From an uncultured Methanobacteriaceae archaeon (lineage in GTDB: Archaea > Methanobacteriota > Methanobacteria > Methanobacteriales > Methanobacteriaceae), in the NCBI GenBank assembly GCA_963788665.1, contig CAWBHV010000017.1, positions 3,846 through 67,845 of the forward strand: a DNA stretch of 64,000 nucleotides, written 5' to 3'. Shown one piece after another: positions 35,226 through 45,111 of the stretch (within the stretch, counting starts at the first letter, position 1; each line of letters opens with the position of its first letter). The notes below the pieces were generated by a model. That model worked only from the letters and a program-made list of their open reading frames with translations, was not told where the DNA came from and did not search any database. Made by a program: the position numbers and the translations under genes.

Positions 35226-36713
35226 ATGTTCTCTGAAAAGTTAAAAAATGCGCCTATGGGTTTTACATTTGACGACTTTTTGATGTTACCATCAATTTCG
35301 TCTGTTGAACCAAAGGATGTTACAACCACTGCACAAATTTCTAGAAATTATCGTATTAACATTCCAATTATAAGTTCAGCAATGGACACCGTAACCGAAG
35401 CCGATATGGCCATAGCCCTTTCACAGGAAGGGGGATTGGGTGTTATACACCGAAACATGACCATAAATGAACAAATTGGCGAAATAAAAAAGGTCAAACG
35501 TTCGGGTGACCTCACCATCAGGGATGTTATCACCATCACTCCCGATGCTTCCATCATAGAGGCTCAAGACATAATGGATGAAGAACAGATAAGCGGACTT
35601 CCAGTTGTGCAAGATAACATGGTTGTTGGAATTATTAGTCGTAGGGATGTTAAACCAATCCTCAATTCTGATTCTGAAAGAAAAGTATTGGACATAATGA
35701 CAGAGGATGTTGTAACAGTCTCTGAATCAACCACTCCAGAAGAAGCTCTGGACATAGCATATGAAAACAAGGTTGAAAGATTGCCCGTTGTTGAAGATGG
35801 GGTTATAGTCGGAATATTGACTATGAGGGATATATTAGAGAATAAGAAATATCCTAATGCTTCCCGTGACAATAAAGGGAGGTTCCTTGTTGCAGCAGCA
35901 ACAGGGCCATTCGATCTCGAACGTGCTATGGCACTTGACGATGCAGGTGCAGATATTATAGCTGTGGATTGTGCACATGCTCATAAACCCAGCATTGTTA
36001 AATTTGCAAAAACCATGAAGGATAATATCGATGCAGATTTACTCGTGGGTAATATTGCGACCAGCCAAGCAGCCGAAGACCTTATGGCAGCCGAAGTTGA
36101 TGGTTTAAAAGTTGGTATTGGGCCCGGATTTATATGTACCACAAGGATAATTGCAGGTGTGGGTGTTCCTCAATTAACAGCAATTTCAAGCGTTGCAGAC
36201 GTTGCAAAAGATTATGATGTGCCGGTTATAGCAGATGGTGGTTTAAGATATTCTGGAGATGTTGCAAAGGCACTTGCTGTGGGGGCCGATGCAGTTATGC
36301 TGGGAAGCCTTCTTGCAGGTACACACGAAGCTCCCGGAGATGTTGTTATTATGAATGGGAGAAAATTCAAACAATACAGGGGAATGGGTTCTCTTGGGGC
36401 CATGACCGGCGGTGTAGGTGCAGGAACAGATCGCTATTTCCAAGAGGTTAAGGGGCCTATGAAGCATGCGAAACTTGTGCCTGAAGGGGTTGAGGGAGTT
36501 GTTCCATACAAAGGACTTGCAAATGAAATTCTCTTCCAGCTAATTGGGGGAATCAAAGCTTCAATGGGTTATTGTGGTGCATGTGACATTAAAGACCTGC
36601 AGAAAAAGGCCAAATTTGTAAGGATCACGTCTAGCGGTATGACAGAAAGCCATCCACACGACCTAACCATAACAAATGAGAGTCCAAATTACCCAACATC
36701 AAGGCTTATGTAA
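35226..36713 (+). CDS. guaB: IMP dehydrogenase with CBS domains
   Basis: [13 protein letters not shown], GIGPGxICTTR, IADGG, YRGMGS, PEGVEG, ESHPH. Confidence 0.97.
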   Translation: MFSEKLKNAPMGFTFDDFLMLPSISSVEPKDVTTTAQISRNYRINIPIISSAMDTVTEADMAIALSQEGGLGVIHRNMTINEQIGEIKKVKRSGDLTIRDVITITPDASIIEAQDIMDEEQISGLPVVQDNMVVGIISRRDVKPILNSDSERKVLDIMTEDVVTVSESTTPEEALDIAYENKVERLPVVEDGVIVGILTMRDILENKKYPNASRDNKGRFLVAAATGPFDLERAMALDDAGADIIAVDCAHAHKPSIVKFAKTMKDNIDADLLVGNIATSQAAEDLMAAEVDGLKVGIGPGFICTTRIIAGVGVPQLTAISSVADVAKDYDVPVIADGGLRYSGDVAKALAVGADAVMLGSLLAGTHEAPGDVVIMNGRKFKQYRGMGSLGAMTGGVGAGTDRYFQEVKGPMKHAKLVPEGVEGVVPYKGLANEILFQLIGGIKASMGYCGACDIKDLQKKAKFVRITSSGMTESHPHDLTITNESPNYPTSRLM

Positions 36714-36731
36714 AACCTAAAAGAGTAGGAT

Positions 36732-36760
36732 AATAAAAAACAATACCGATCTTTTTTATT
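36732..36760 (+). terminator. Possible AT-rich hairpin / oligo-T terminator after guaB
   Basis: aataaaaaa...ttttttatt inverted repeat followed by T tracts. Confidence 0.35.
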
Positions 36761-36835
36761 GTTTTACTAAATAATTTTTTTTTAAACATAAATAAAAATA
36801 TTTTACAGATTCAAATTTTGGCACTGGTGAACTAA

Positions 36836-37432
36836 ATGAACTCATGTATATTACTTTGCGGAGGAATGAGCACACGCATGGGTCAAGATAAGGGGTTAAC
36901 AACGATCGATAATAAACCCATGATCATCCATGTAATAGAAACGGTAACATTGGTGGCAGATGAAATATTACTTGTTTTACGGGACAACAACCAAGTTGAC
37001 AAATATGAAAAAATTTTAAATGAAATAATTTTACCCGAAAACAAAAAAATAAAGGTAATTACAGATATTTTAAAGGATCAAGGCCCTCTAGGTGGAATAT
37101 TATCTGGATTGAATCATATTTCAAATAAAGCCCTTGTATTGCCGTGTGATTCTCCATATATCACAAAAACATTTGTAAATATGATGTTCAAGTTATCCGA
37201 AGATATGAAATACGATGCAGTGGTGCCAAAATGGCATGATGGTCGCTTAGAACCATTACATTCTATTTATAAAAAAAGTGTACGGGCCAATATAAAGAAA
37301 CTCCTATCAGAAGATGTCCATGATGTGAAATCGTTACTATCACAATTAAATGTAAGATATGTGGATGCTAAATCAATTGATAAAACCGGGAAAACTTTTC
37401 TCAACATCAATCGGATGGATGACATTCAATAA
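36836..37432 (+). CDS. mobA: Molybdenum cofactor guanylyltransferase
   Basis: LCGGMSTRMGQDK, GPLGGI, LPCDSP, EPLHSIY, FLNIN. Confidence 0.92.
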   Translation: MNSCILLCGGMSTRMGQDKGLTTIDNKPMIIHVIETVTLVADEILLVLRDNNQVDKYEKILNEIILPENKKIKVITDILKDQGPLGGILSGLNHISNKALVLPCDSPYITKTFVNMMFKLSEDMKYDAVVPKWHDGRLEPLHSIYKKSVRANIKKLLSEDVHDVKSLLSQLNVRYVDAKSIDKTGKTFLNINRMDDIQ

Positions 37433-37518
37433 ATAATCAAAATAAAAAAAAATTGTAATTATCTAAAACATTACTCGTTTTTATAAATAATAAAATAAAA
37501 ATTATTCAAAGATATCTT

Positions 37519-38166
37519 ATGATAACTATAACCACTGATCATGCTGAAGATGCCTGGAAAACTCTTTTAAAAATTATCATGATAGATGGGGATGAAATTG
37601 AAGATGAGGATAATTTTATCTCTAAAGAGCTTTTAAATCTGATTGTAAACATCGAAGATCCTAAAAATTCAAATAATCCCGGTGCAAATTTTTATAGCGA
37701 TGAGAAGTTAAAAAAATACAGGAAACAATTTTTAGACAATAAAAATTATGGTGTGCGTTTCAGTAATGGTAACAGATTGAGGGAACATTTTGGATTTAAA
37801 TTGGGTAGAAATACTTACAGGGTAAGAACCGATCAGGTTGAATCGGTGATTAACCGTCTAAAAAATTGTGAAACAACTAGAAGAGCAACCATGTCACTAT
37901 TTGATCCATCGATAGACCAGTATCAAAATGATATACCCGCCATGATAATGGTTGATTATAAGATTCGCCATAACAGACTTAACACCACGGCAATTTGGCG
38001 CAGTCATGATATATTCCGTGAATGGATTCCCGACTTTTTTGGTTTAACAGGATTGGCAGATCATATATGTGGACATGTTGATGTTGGGATGGGGCCGATT
38101 ACAATGCATTCCATCAGTGCACATATCTTTAAACCAGATTATACTGATGTGATCAAGACGTTGTAA
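37519..38166 (+). CDS. Thymidylate synthase-like protein lacking the catalytic Cys
   Basis: GNRLR, DQVESVINRL, TRRA, RSHD, SISAHI; the PC motif reads PA. Confidence 0.82.
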   Translation: MITITTDHAEDAWKTLLKIIMIDGDEIEDEDNFISKELLNLIVNIEDPKNSNNPGANFYSDEKLKKYRKQFLDNKNYGVRFSNGNRLREHFGFKLGRNTYRVRTDQVESVINRLKNCETTRRATMSLFDPSIDQYQNDIPAMIMVDYKIRHNRLNTTAIWRSHDIFREWIPDFFGLTGLADHICGHVDVGMGPITMHSISAHIFKPDYTDVIKTL

Positions 38167-38403
38167 ACAAGATCTAATTTTTTTATATATTATTCGATAA
38201 CACTACTTACTATTATAAAATAAAACAACTATCATACCCTTGCTATCCAGTGTATATGTAAATTTTTCGATAGATTATATACACACCATGAAAACTATTT
38301 AAAATATATCTCAGTATTTGTTCCAATTATAGAAAAGAAAATAGCCTAAATTTGAGAGAATAAATGATTTAGAGTACCTACAAAAAAAAATAAAAAAAAT
38401 TAT

Positions 38404-38610
38404 TTAAATCATTTTTACTGCTAATTTTATATCCGATCCTTTAACAGTTTTCCTTCCCGCATGTTTTGCTAATTTAATAGCTTCTGCAGAAATAGTTTCC
38501 CCTGACTCTTCTAAAACGTTTGCCAATTCGTCCTTAGCTTCATCACTCACTCTTTGTGCTCCAGAATTTTTCATTATTCTTCCTACTGGAGCAATTGGTA
38601 ATTCGGTCAT
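38404..38610 (-). CDS. Archaeal histone (HMf family)
   Basis: ELPIAPVGRIMKNSGAQRVS...AKHAGRKTVKGSDIKLA. Confidence 0.96.
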   Translation of the reverse strand: MTELPIAPVGRIMKNSGAQRVSDEAKDELANVLEESGETISAEAIKLAKHAGRKTVKGSDIKLAVKMI

Positions 38611-39242
38611 AAATTACACCTCATATTATTATTTGAGCCTCCGCTGTATTTAAGTTTGTTGGCAATATGGTTGATCTGAAAAACAGAACTCGAGTCCAAA
38701 TTCCAGATTATATTTAACTTTCGAAAATCATCATTAACATTGATATCATGACTAACATCTCAAACCGCCTGAAATTCAAGATCTAGATCATGTACAATAA
38801 AAATATTCACAACAGAACATGCTATTTCGGTTAATGCAATAATTCCCCATATGATCCAACTCAACGTTACCAGTTTTGTTTCAGCCGAGCATATTCAATT
38901 CATCCATCATTTAAATTTATAGATATTTCGAAGAACAATTACTTAAAATCATTATTCTATAAACCAACATAAAATTTTAATCCATTTTAATGTTTACATA
39001 TAAAAAAAATTCCAATACGATAAAAAGAATACTTCATGTGTTAAAGATAATTTTTTTTATGTAGACCTTATCTTGAAGTACTACAGTGCTTCATAGATGA
39101 ATCAACGTGTGAATATAAAAATTAAATTAAAGCCAACATTTGTTTACCAAAAAAAACACTTATATGCTAATAGAAAACCCAGAGGTTATTACATTTAAAT
39201 ATTAATTTTATCAATAAATGAATTTTTTTTAAAAAAAGTTAT

Positions 39243-39503
39243 TTAAATTTTATTTACTATATCTATCTTGTTGAAATATCCTCCAATGGTGAATTTCACT
39301 TGGTTGTCCAAGGCCTTCTTGGAATCAGCTTCGAGTATGTATGTTGCAATGATATTTTCAGTGTCTGTATCTTCAACATTCATCTCGGCCCTGTGTAATT
39401 CTTCACCAGATTCAAGTTCCTCGTATGAGTAGTTCTCTACGTATATGGTTGAATTTTTTATTTCATTCACTTTTTCAACAAAGTTCCAGAGTTTCATAGC
39501 CAT
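39243..39503 (-). CDS. Hypothetical acidic protein (86 aa)
   Basis: Intact ORF with AGGTG RBS; no recognised motif. Confidence 0.65.
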   Translation of the reverse strand: MAMKLWNFVEKVNEIKNSTIYVENYSYEELESGEELHRAEMNVEDTDTENIIATYILEADSKKALDNQVKFTIGGYFNKIDIVNKI

Positions 39504-39818
39504 TTTAACACCTTTTCATGAATTTTTCGATCATTAGTAATATATTTATTTTGATTTGAGTTAAAACATGATGTTTTGGTTTCAATTATTCTAAAAATTT
39601 TTATATGCAGTTTGATCCAATTTTACTAAAAAATATTTATGTCTTAGCCTCTTTAACAGAAATAGATATTTTGGGTATGTTTAAAATTTTAAAATATAGT
39701 ATTCATAATAAATTTATTGAGTATAAATGTATCAATCTTCGAGCATTAAAAATAGACATTTGTTCCAGTCAATATTTTTTTAGGAAATTTTTTTTGTATA
39801 CAAGACTCTGAATATGAA

Positions 39819-40058
39819 TCATGATTCACATTTCATACTCACAGTTTTTCCTATTTCTATATGTTCTGGATTACGGCCCATTTCGAGTATAAATTCGTTG
39901 GTTGTTTCGATCATGTCAACGTATACAGTTTTGTTAATTTTACATCCATCAACAATTGTATAGGTCGGCATTTTTCCATGCAAATTTTTGAACTCGATTA
40001 CTTTTTCAACCATTCTTCTGTATTGTTCGAGAGTCAACCTCTCCATTAAATCAACCAC
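39819..40058 (-). CDS. Small pseudomurein-binding-repeat-like protein
   Basis: YRRMVEKVIEFKNLHGKMPTY and YVDMIETTNEFILEMGRNPEHI resemble PMB repeats. Confidence 0.72.
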   Translation of the reverse strand: MVDLMERLTLEQYRRMVEKVIEFKNLHGKMPTYTIVDGCKINKTVYVDMIETTNEFILEMGRNPEHIEIGKTVSMKCES

Positions 40059-40276
40059 TTTACAATTTTTTTAAATACTAACTATATGTCTCATTTTAAC
40101 AGTTTAAATATTTTATGATTAAAATTATCCATCATTATTTATATTATTTAAACCATATATAGAATTGAATTCTGCTGATATTTAATATGGTTGATACTCC
40201 AGGTTAAATTTAAGTTATAAAGGATAGATGAGAAGAGTAATAAGATATGGGATAGTCTAATTAAAGGTAATAAATT

Positions 40277-40645
40277 ATGAAGCTTAGTATAATCATATTA
40301 ACCATTATTATTATGATAATATCATTTTCAAGTTATATCACTGCTCAAAGTAAAACTACGGTACAAGATCAAATCGTTCAAGATAATACTCCCGTTGTTA
40401 CACAAGCATCAAATAATAACGATGTGTATATCAACGGTGCAGTTAGAGACAATTCGCCAAAGAATTTTAAGAATGTAAAATTAAATATTGAGGGGATAGG
40501 CGATACAGGTAAAGTGGTATCTGAAAAGATGTTTGTAATAAAAGTTATAGATTCAAATACCGATGCTAATTACAATGTGACACTTCCAGAAGTCCATGTC
40601 GTAGAAGCGGGTTCTGTACAAGTGTTAAATGCAACACCAACATAA
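40277..40645 (+). CDS. Secreted FxLYD-like Ig-fold protein
   Basis: Signal peptide; INGAVRDNS...NVKLNIEGIGDTGKVV. Confidence 0.6.
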   Translation: MKLSIIILTIIIMIISFSSYITAQSKTTVQDQIVQDNTPVVTQASNNNDVYINGAVRDNSPKNFKNVKLNIEGIGDTGKVVSEKMFVIKVIDSNTDANYNVTLPEVHVVEAGSVQVLNATPT

Positions 40646-41244
40646 AAAACCTATTAATTTTTCTTTTTTGGGATCCAATATATTAGAGATTTTAAATCAT
40701 CAAAAGATTTTTCATATAATCTGAAACAGGACAGCTCATTTATAATGAGTCATCTGATTCAATAAGATACACAGTACAATATTTTAAAAGTTCTGGTCTT
40801 TTCATTTAGATGCATATCATACATTTATTAATTCTCATAAAGTCAAATATTTATTAGATATCTAGTTTAGTCATATCATGCTAAATATACAATTTTTCGA
40901 TTTATTACCTTAATTAATTGGCTAAATTTTTTTTATTTTAAAGAATTGTCTTGCATGCTTATCTGAAAAACCATCATTGGTTTAAACCGATCAGATTGAC
41001 ATTTTACAATATAAATTATTGATTTTGTGTTCGATTAATAAATTCGGTTACAGATACCAAAAAATATTACCATTGATAAGATGGTTCGCCTTGATAATAA
41101 ATCTTTTTTGTATTAAAAAATATAAATAAAGCTATTATAGGTTATTTTTAGAAGATCTAATGATAAATTTATATGTATTATTATCATATTATTATAATAC
41201 CCAAAGTTATTATCAGGGGTATTGATGGGCATGGAGGTGAGTCT

Positions 41245-42234
41245 ATTAAACGAAGATTATTACTTTCTGTAGTAATACTGTTAAGTTTAGCATTAGTTTT
41301 CAATATCGATGTTACCAGTGCAATGGCCGTAAAGCAGGTAAATATAAGTATGTCTTCAGTTATTGATGGAAATATGGGTATAACCAGCGGTGTTTCTAAC
41401 TCAACAACAAGAGATACTGTCAAAATATTGGATAGAAATACAAATAAATTTTTAGCAGCAGGTGCACATGTACTCGTAAATAATTTAACCATGGCTCAGA
41501 TGAAAGATGGAATTTCCAGAGTTCAGGCATTCTATAATAAAAATGGTAGATTACCGGCATATGTAAGTTTTGGAAGCAGAAAAATTCCTATATCCACATT
41601 TCAACAAAATATAGCATCACAGGGATTAAAAATAACTACTACAGTAAATAATTTAACTATATCTCAGATGAAAGATGGGATTTCCAGAGTTCAGGCATTC
41701 TATAATAAAAATGGTAGATTACCGGTGTACATAAGTTTTGGAAGCAGAAAAATTTTACTCACAACATTTGAACAAAATATTGCAGTATTTGGTTTAAAAA
41801 TTAAAACAACTACGGTGTTTAATACGAGTTCAATATCTGCACTTGCAAAATCTCTTTCAGCTGATTCTACATCACAGTATAATACTGCTGTCAAGATATT
41901 TAACTGGGTTAGAGACAACATTGGATATTCATTTTACTACAATACTACATATGGTGCTGCAGGAACATTAGACTCAAGAACAGGAAACTGTTGTGATAAA
42001 ACAAACCTTTTGGTTGCACTTGCAAGAGCTGCGGGAATAACTGCACAGTACAAAAGTGGGTACTGTCAGTTTTCGAGTGGAAGATGGTACGGTCATGTAT
42101 GGTCAGACCTGTATGTAAATGGTAAGTGGTACGCTGCAGATGCAATATGTCACAATAACACTTTAGGAGTTATTAACAACTGGAACACTACCAATTTTAA
42201 ATTACTTGGAACGTACACTACTTTGCCGTATTAA
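41245..42234 (+). CDS. Pseudomurein-binding repeat + transglutaminase-like (Cys-His-Asp) protein
   Basis: Signal peptide, two FYNKNGRLP repeats, GNCCD / GHVW / ADA triad; start uncertain (41173 ATG in the ORF track, or RBS-supported ATT at 41245). Confidence 0.88.
   Translation: MKRRLLLSVVILLSLALVFNIDVTSAMAVKQVNISMSSVIDGNMGITSGVSNSTTRDTVKILDRNTNKFLAAGAHVLVNNLTMAQMKDGISRVQAFYNKNGRLPAYVSFGSRKIPISTFQQNIASQGLKITTTVNNLTISQMKDGISRVQAFYNKNGRLPVYISFGSRKILLTTFEQNIAVFGLKIKTTTVFNTSSISALAKSLSADSTSQYNTAVKIFNWVRDNIGYSFYYNTTYGAAGTLDSRTGNCCDKTNLLVALARAAGITAQYKSGYCQFSSGRWYGHVWSDLYVNGKWYAADAICHNNTLGVINNWNTTNFKLLGTYTTLPY
41476..41811 (+). repeat. 168-bp direct repeat (two pseudomurein-binding modules)
   Basis: Near-identical units starting gtaaataatttaac at 41476 and 41644. 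Confidence 0.9.
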
Positions 42235-42454
42235 AAACACGTACCAACACCAATCTTTTCCTTTTATTTTTTAAATAAACAACTTATTCGAACCAAATTG
42301 CTATGTACTCATGAAGTCCAGTTTTTTTTAAATTTCTTAGTATAAGATAATAATGCTATCGGGTTATACTGTTATTACAATCTATAGATATGCTTTATTT
42401 TAAAATGAAAATTACTTAAAATTTAGACACCATAATAATAATTGGTGATAAAAA

Positions 42455-42700
42455 ATGGTAGAATTTATAGGGCATACTGAAAAAGATAAATCTGCTATAC
42501 TAATTACTGATGTAACGCTGCCATCAGACAAAATAGATCAAATTAAAGAGAAATTATTGGGACATGAATACGTTAAAAATGTTGAAATTCAGCGAGAAAA
42601 TCGTGAAATTGAACTGACATTAAATCGTAAGATAGAAGAATGTCCAAACTGTCCCAAAATTTTGAAGGAATATTATGACTCGGTAATAGAAAGTATTTAA
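42455..42700 (+). CDS. Small hypothetical protein with CPNCP motif
   Basis: GGTGA RBS; 81-aa ORF with a ferredoxin/HMA-like alternating pattern and CxxC. Confidence 0.7.
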   Translation: MVEFIGHTEKDKSAILITDVTLPSDKIDQIKEKLLGHEYVKNVEIQRENREIELTLNRKIEECPNCPKILKEYYDSVIESI

Positions 42701-43061
42701 TAAATTACCACCATTCTTTTTGTTCATGTTTTACATAAACAAGATCATGTAATATATCCTGAATATTATTAATATTAATCAAAGAAACATGTTTTAATCG
42801 TCTTATTAAGATTATAAAGATTTAATTGGTTAATATTATGTAAAATAAGTCTTTCATTGAACTTAGTTAATAGGTAATATATGATTCTATAAATATTAAT
42901 ATTCATTCAATAATTACGAGTAATGAATATCTGAGTATGTTGTAGTGGGTGACAGATATTATCAAATAATTTTAGTAATAATTGTATATTTAGGCCTAAA
43001 ATTAGGAATAGTATGGTTTTAATTGTTTTGAATGGTAGAAAAAATTTCAGGTGAAAAAAAA

Positions 43062-43526
43062 ATGTACAAAAAAATTTTGCTTCCAACCGATGGATCTGAA
43101 AATTCTAAAAGAGCCAATGAACATGTATTGTGGATTGCTGATAAAAGTGGAGCTGATATAGTAATTATATATGTTGTTGAACCACATTTTCCAAGCTTAG
43201 CTACTACTCTACCTCTAGCAACATTACCCACCCCTGACGATGCTTACTATAAAGAAATCAGAAGAGAAGGTAAAGAAATAATCGAAGAATTCAAACGATC
43301 TCTTGAGGATGAACAATGTAAAGGTAAATGTCAAAATGTTAATTTAAAAACAATAATTAAGGAAGGGAGACCTCACATTCAAATTCTTAATTCGGTAAGT
43401 GAGGAAAATATTGATCTTATTGTAATGGGAGCTTCTGGTAGACATGGATTCGACAAATTCGTGCTCGGAAGTGTCACCGAGAGGGTTGTTAGGGAAGCTA
43501 TTAAACCTGTTTTGGTAGTGCCCTAA
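43062..43526 (+). CDS. Universal stress protein
   Basis: [34 protein letters not shown]. Confidence 0.93.
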   Translation: MYKKILLPTDGSENSKRANEHVLWIADKSGADIVIIYVVEPHFPSLATTLPLATLPTPDDAYYKEIRREGKEIIEEFKRSLEDEQCKGKCQNVNLKTIIKEGRPHIQILNSVSEENIDLIVMGASGRHGFDKFVLGSVTERVVREAIKPVLVVP

Positions 43527-43559
43527 ATACCTAAATTTTATTAATTTTAAATTCAACTA

Positions 43560-43950
43560 TATGACCCAATATTATTGGAATGGTTTACAAAACGTGATCT
43601 TGCAAAAAATACACGTATTCTGTATACAGACACAATTGAAAGATATATCAACTACTTAAATAGAGATGGAGACAATTATACATTGGAAAAATTATTAAAA
43701 GAAGCTGAAGACGATGAATGTAGTGAAGAACTACTTAGATATCGTAAATTATCTAAACACTTAATAAATATATTAACCATATAGAAGATAAATGAAATTC
43801 TCCAGGAACTGTTAATATCTGTATAGCAGCCATTTTATCATTTTATAATACTATGGACATAACTACTCCATTTATCCAGAAGAAAAGGGGTGGTACTGTT
43901 TTATAAAAGAACCAAGATTGATTAACATATCCTAAGCTTTAAGATCGTTA
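43560..43950 (+). mobile_element. Degenerate N-terminal fragment of a tyrosine recombinase/integrase
   Basis: WFTKRDLAKNTRILY...TLEKLLKEAEDDE...SPGTVNICIAAILSFY resembles the N-terminal SAM-like domain of methanogen integrases; broken frame, no catalytic domain. Confidence 0.55.
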
Positions 43951-43954
43951 ATTT

Positions 43955-44521
43955 TCATACCAATTTTTTAGTTGAGATTATGAAAATAGGGTTACGGGCG
44001 AACATCATGGTTCCCCTTTCTGTTAATTCTCCCTTGGCAATCGAAACATTCACAACATCGGGAATTAAATCAAAAGACTTCAAAGTATTAATTGCTTCTA
44101 AGCAGGTTTCAAGTAATATTGATGTTATAATAATCCTGCCACCCTTGTTTAGTTTTTTATATCCTTTTTTAATTATATTAGGAAGTTTTCCACTGCTTCC
44201 ACCTACCATTAATATGTCGAAGTTGTCAATATCTCCGATTACATCCAGTCCATCGCCCTCTATTAGATCCACTTTGTTTTCTACTTGATGTTTTAGGATG
44301 TTATCATGGGTGGTGGTTATTGCATTGTGATTTAAATCTATTGCAACCACTTTTTTTGCCCTCTTTGCAAATTCAACTGTCAATCCACCTGTTCCACAGC
44401 CCAGGTCAACAACTATATCTTCATACGATACCTTTGATTTGCATATTACCAGGCACCTGACCTCTTCTTTGGTTGGACCGGGTACATGGGGTGTTTTAAT
44501 AAAATCAGCGTCGGGGATCAT
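43955..44521 (-). CDS. cbiT: Cobalt-precorrin-6B C15-methyltransferase (decarboxylating)
   Basis: PGPTKEEVR, DLGCGTGG, VGGSSG, ARNPIFI. Confidence 0.92.
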   Translation of the reverse strand: MIPDADFIKTPHVPGPTKEEVRCLVICKSKVSYEDIVVDLGCGTGGLTVEFAKRAKKVVAIDLNHNAITTTHDNILKHQVENKVDLIEGDGLDVIGDIDNFDILMVGGSSGKLPNIIKKGYKKLNKGGRIIITSILLETCLEAINTLKSFDLIPDVVNVSIAKGELTERGTMMFARNPIFIISTKKLV

Positions 44522-44523
44522 GT

Positions 44524-45081
44524 TTATATTTTCCCATCCCATCTGTGAAAGAGATTGTTTTCTATACCCATAACATCGAGTATTTTCCCAACAACAAAGT
44601 CAACGAGATCGTCGGTTTTTTCTGGTTTATGATAAAATCCAGGCATGGCTGGAAGTATTATACCACCTTCTTGACTTATTTTGAGCATATTCTCCAGGTG
44701 CACAGACCTTAAAGGAGTTTCTCTGGGTACTAATACCAGTTTTCTTCGTTCTTTGAGTACTACATCGGCTGTTCTGGTTATTGCATTATTTCCATATCCA
44801 TTTGCTATTGCTGCGATTGTTTTCATGGTGCATGGTACTATGATCATGGATTCGAATTTGAAGGATCCACTGTTGATTGTTGCTGTTAGATCATCCGGTT
44901 CATGATATTCTGTTGCGATGTTCACGAGTTCAGATTCTGTGATGCCCAGTTCATGTTTTAAAATTAGTTTTGCAGGTTCTGTTATGAGGAGGATTGTTTC
45001 TTTATCAGCTTTTGATAATACTTCAAGGAGTCTTTTACCATAAATCACACCACTTGCACCTGTAATTGCTATTACTATCAT
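44524..45081 (-). CDS. ubiX: Flavin prenyltransferase
   Basis: ITGASG, SGSF, PCTMKT, LKERRKLVLVPRETP, PAMPGFY. Confidence 0.95.
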   Translation of the reverse strand: MIVIAITGASGVIYGKRLLEVLSKADKETILLITEPAKLILKHELGITESELVNIATEYHEPDDLTATINSGSFKFESMIIVPCTMKTIAAIANGYGNNAITRTADVVLKERRKLVLVPRETPLRSVHLENMLKISQEGGIILPAMPGFYHKPEKTDDLVDFVVGKILDVMGIENNLFHRWDGKI

Positions 45082-45111
45082 TTTGTCACGTCTTTTATTC
45101 AACTATTGTAT

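Noticed and set aside
38700-39240. Possible small hydrophobic ORF on the minus strand upstream of the histone gene
   Set aside because: No start codon or RBS in the open frame; cannot be supported
39605-39811. 68-aa ORF on the plus strand
   Set aside because: AT-rich, no RBS, atypical composition; likely spurious
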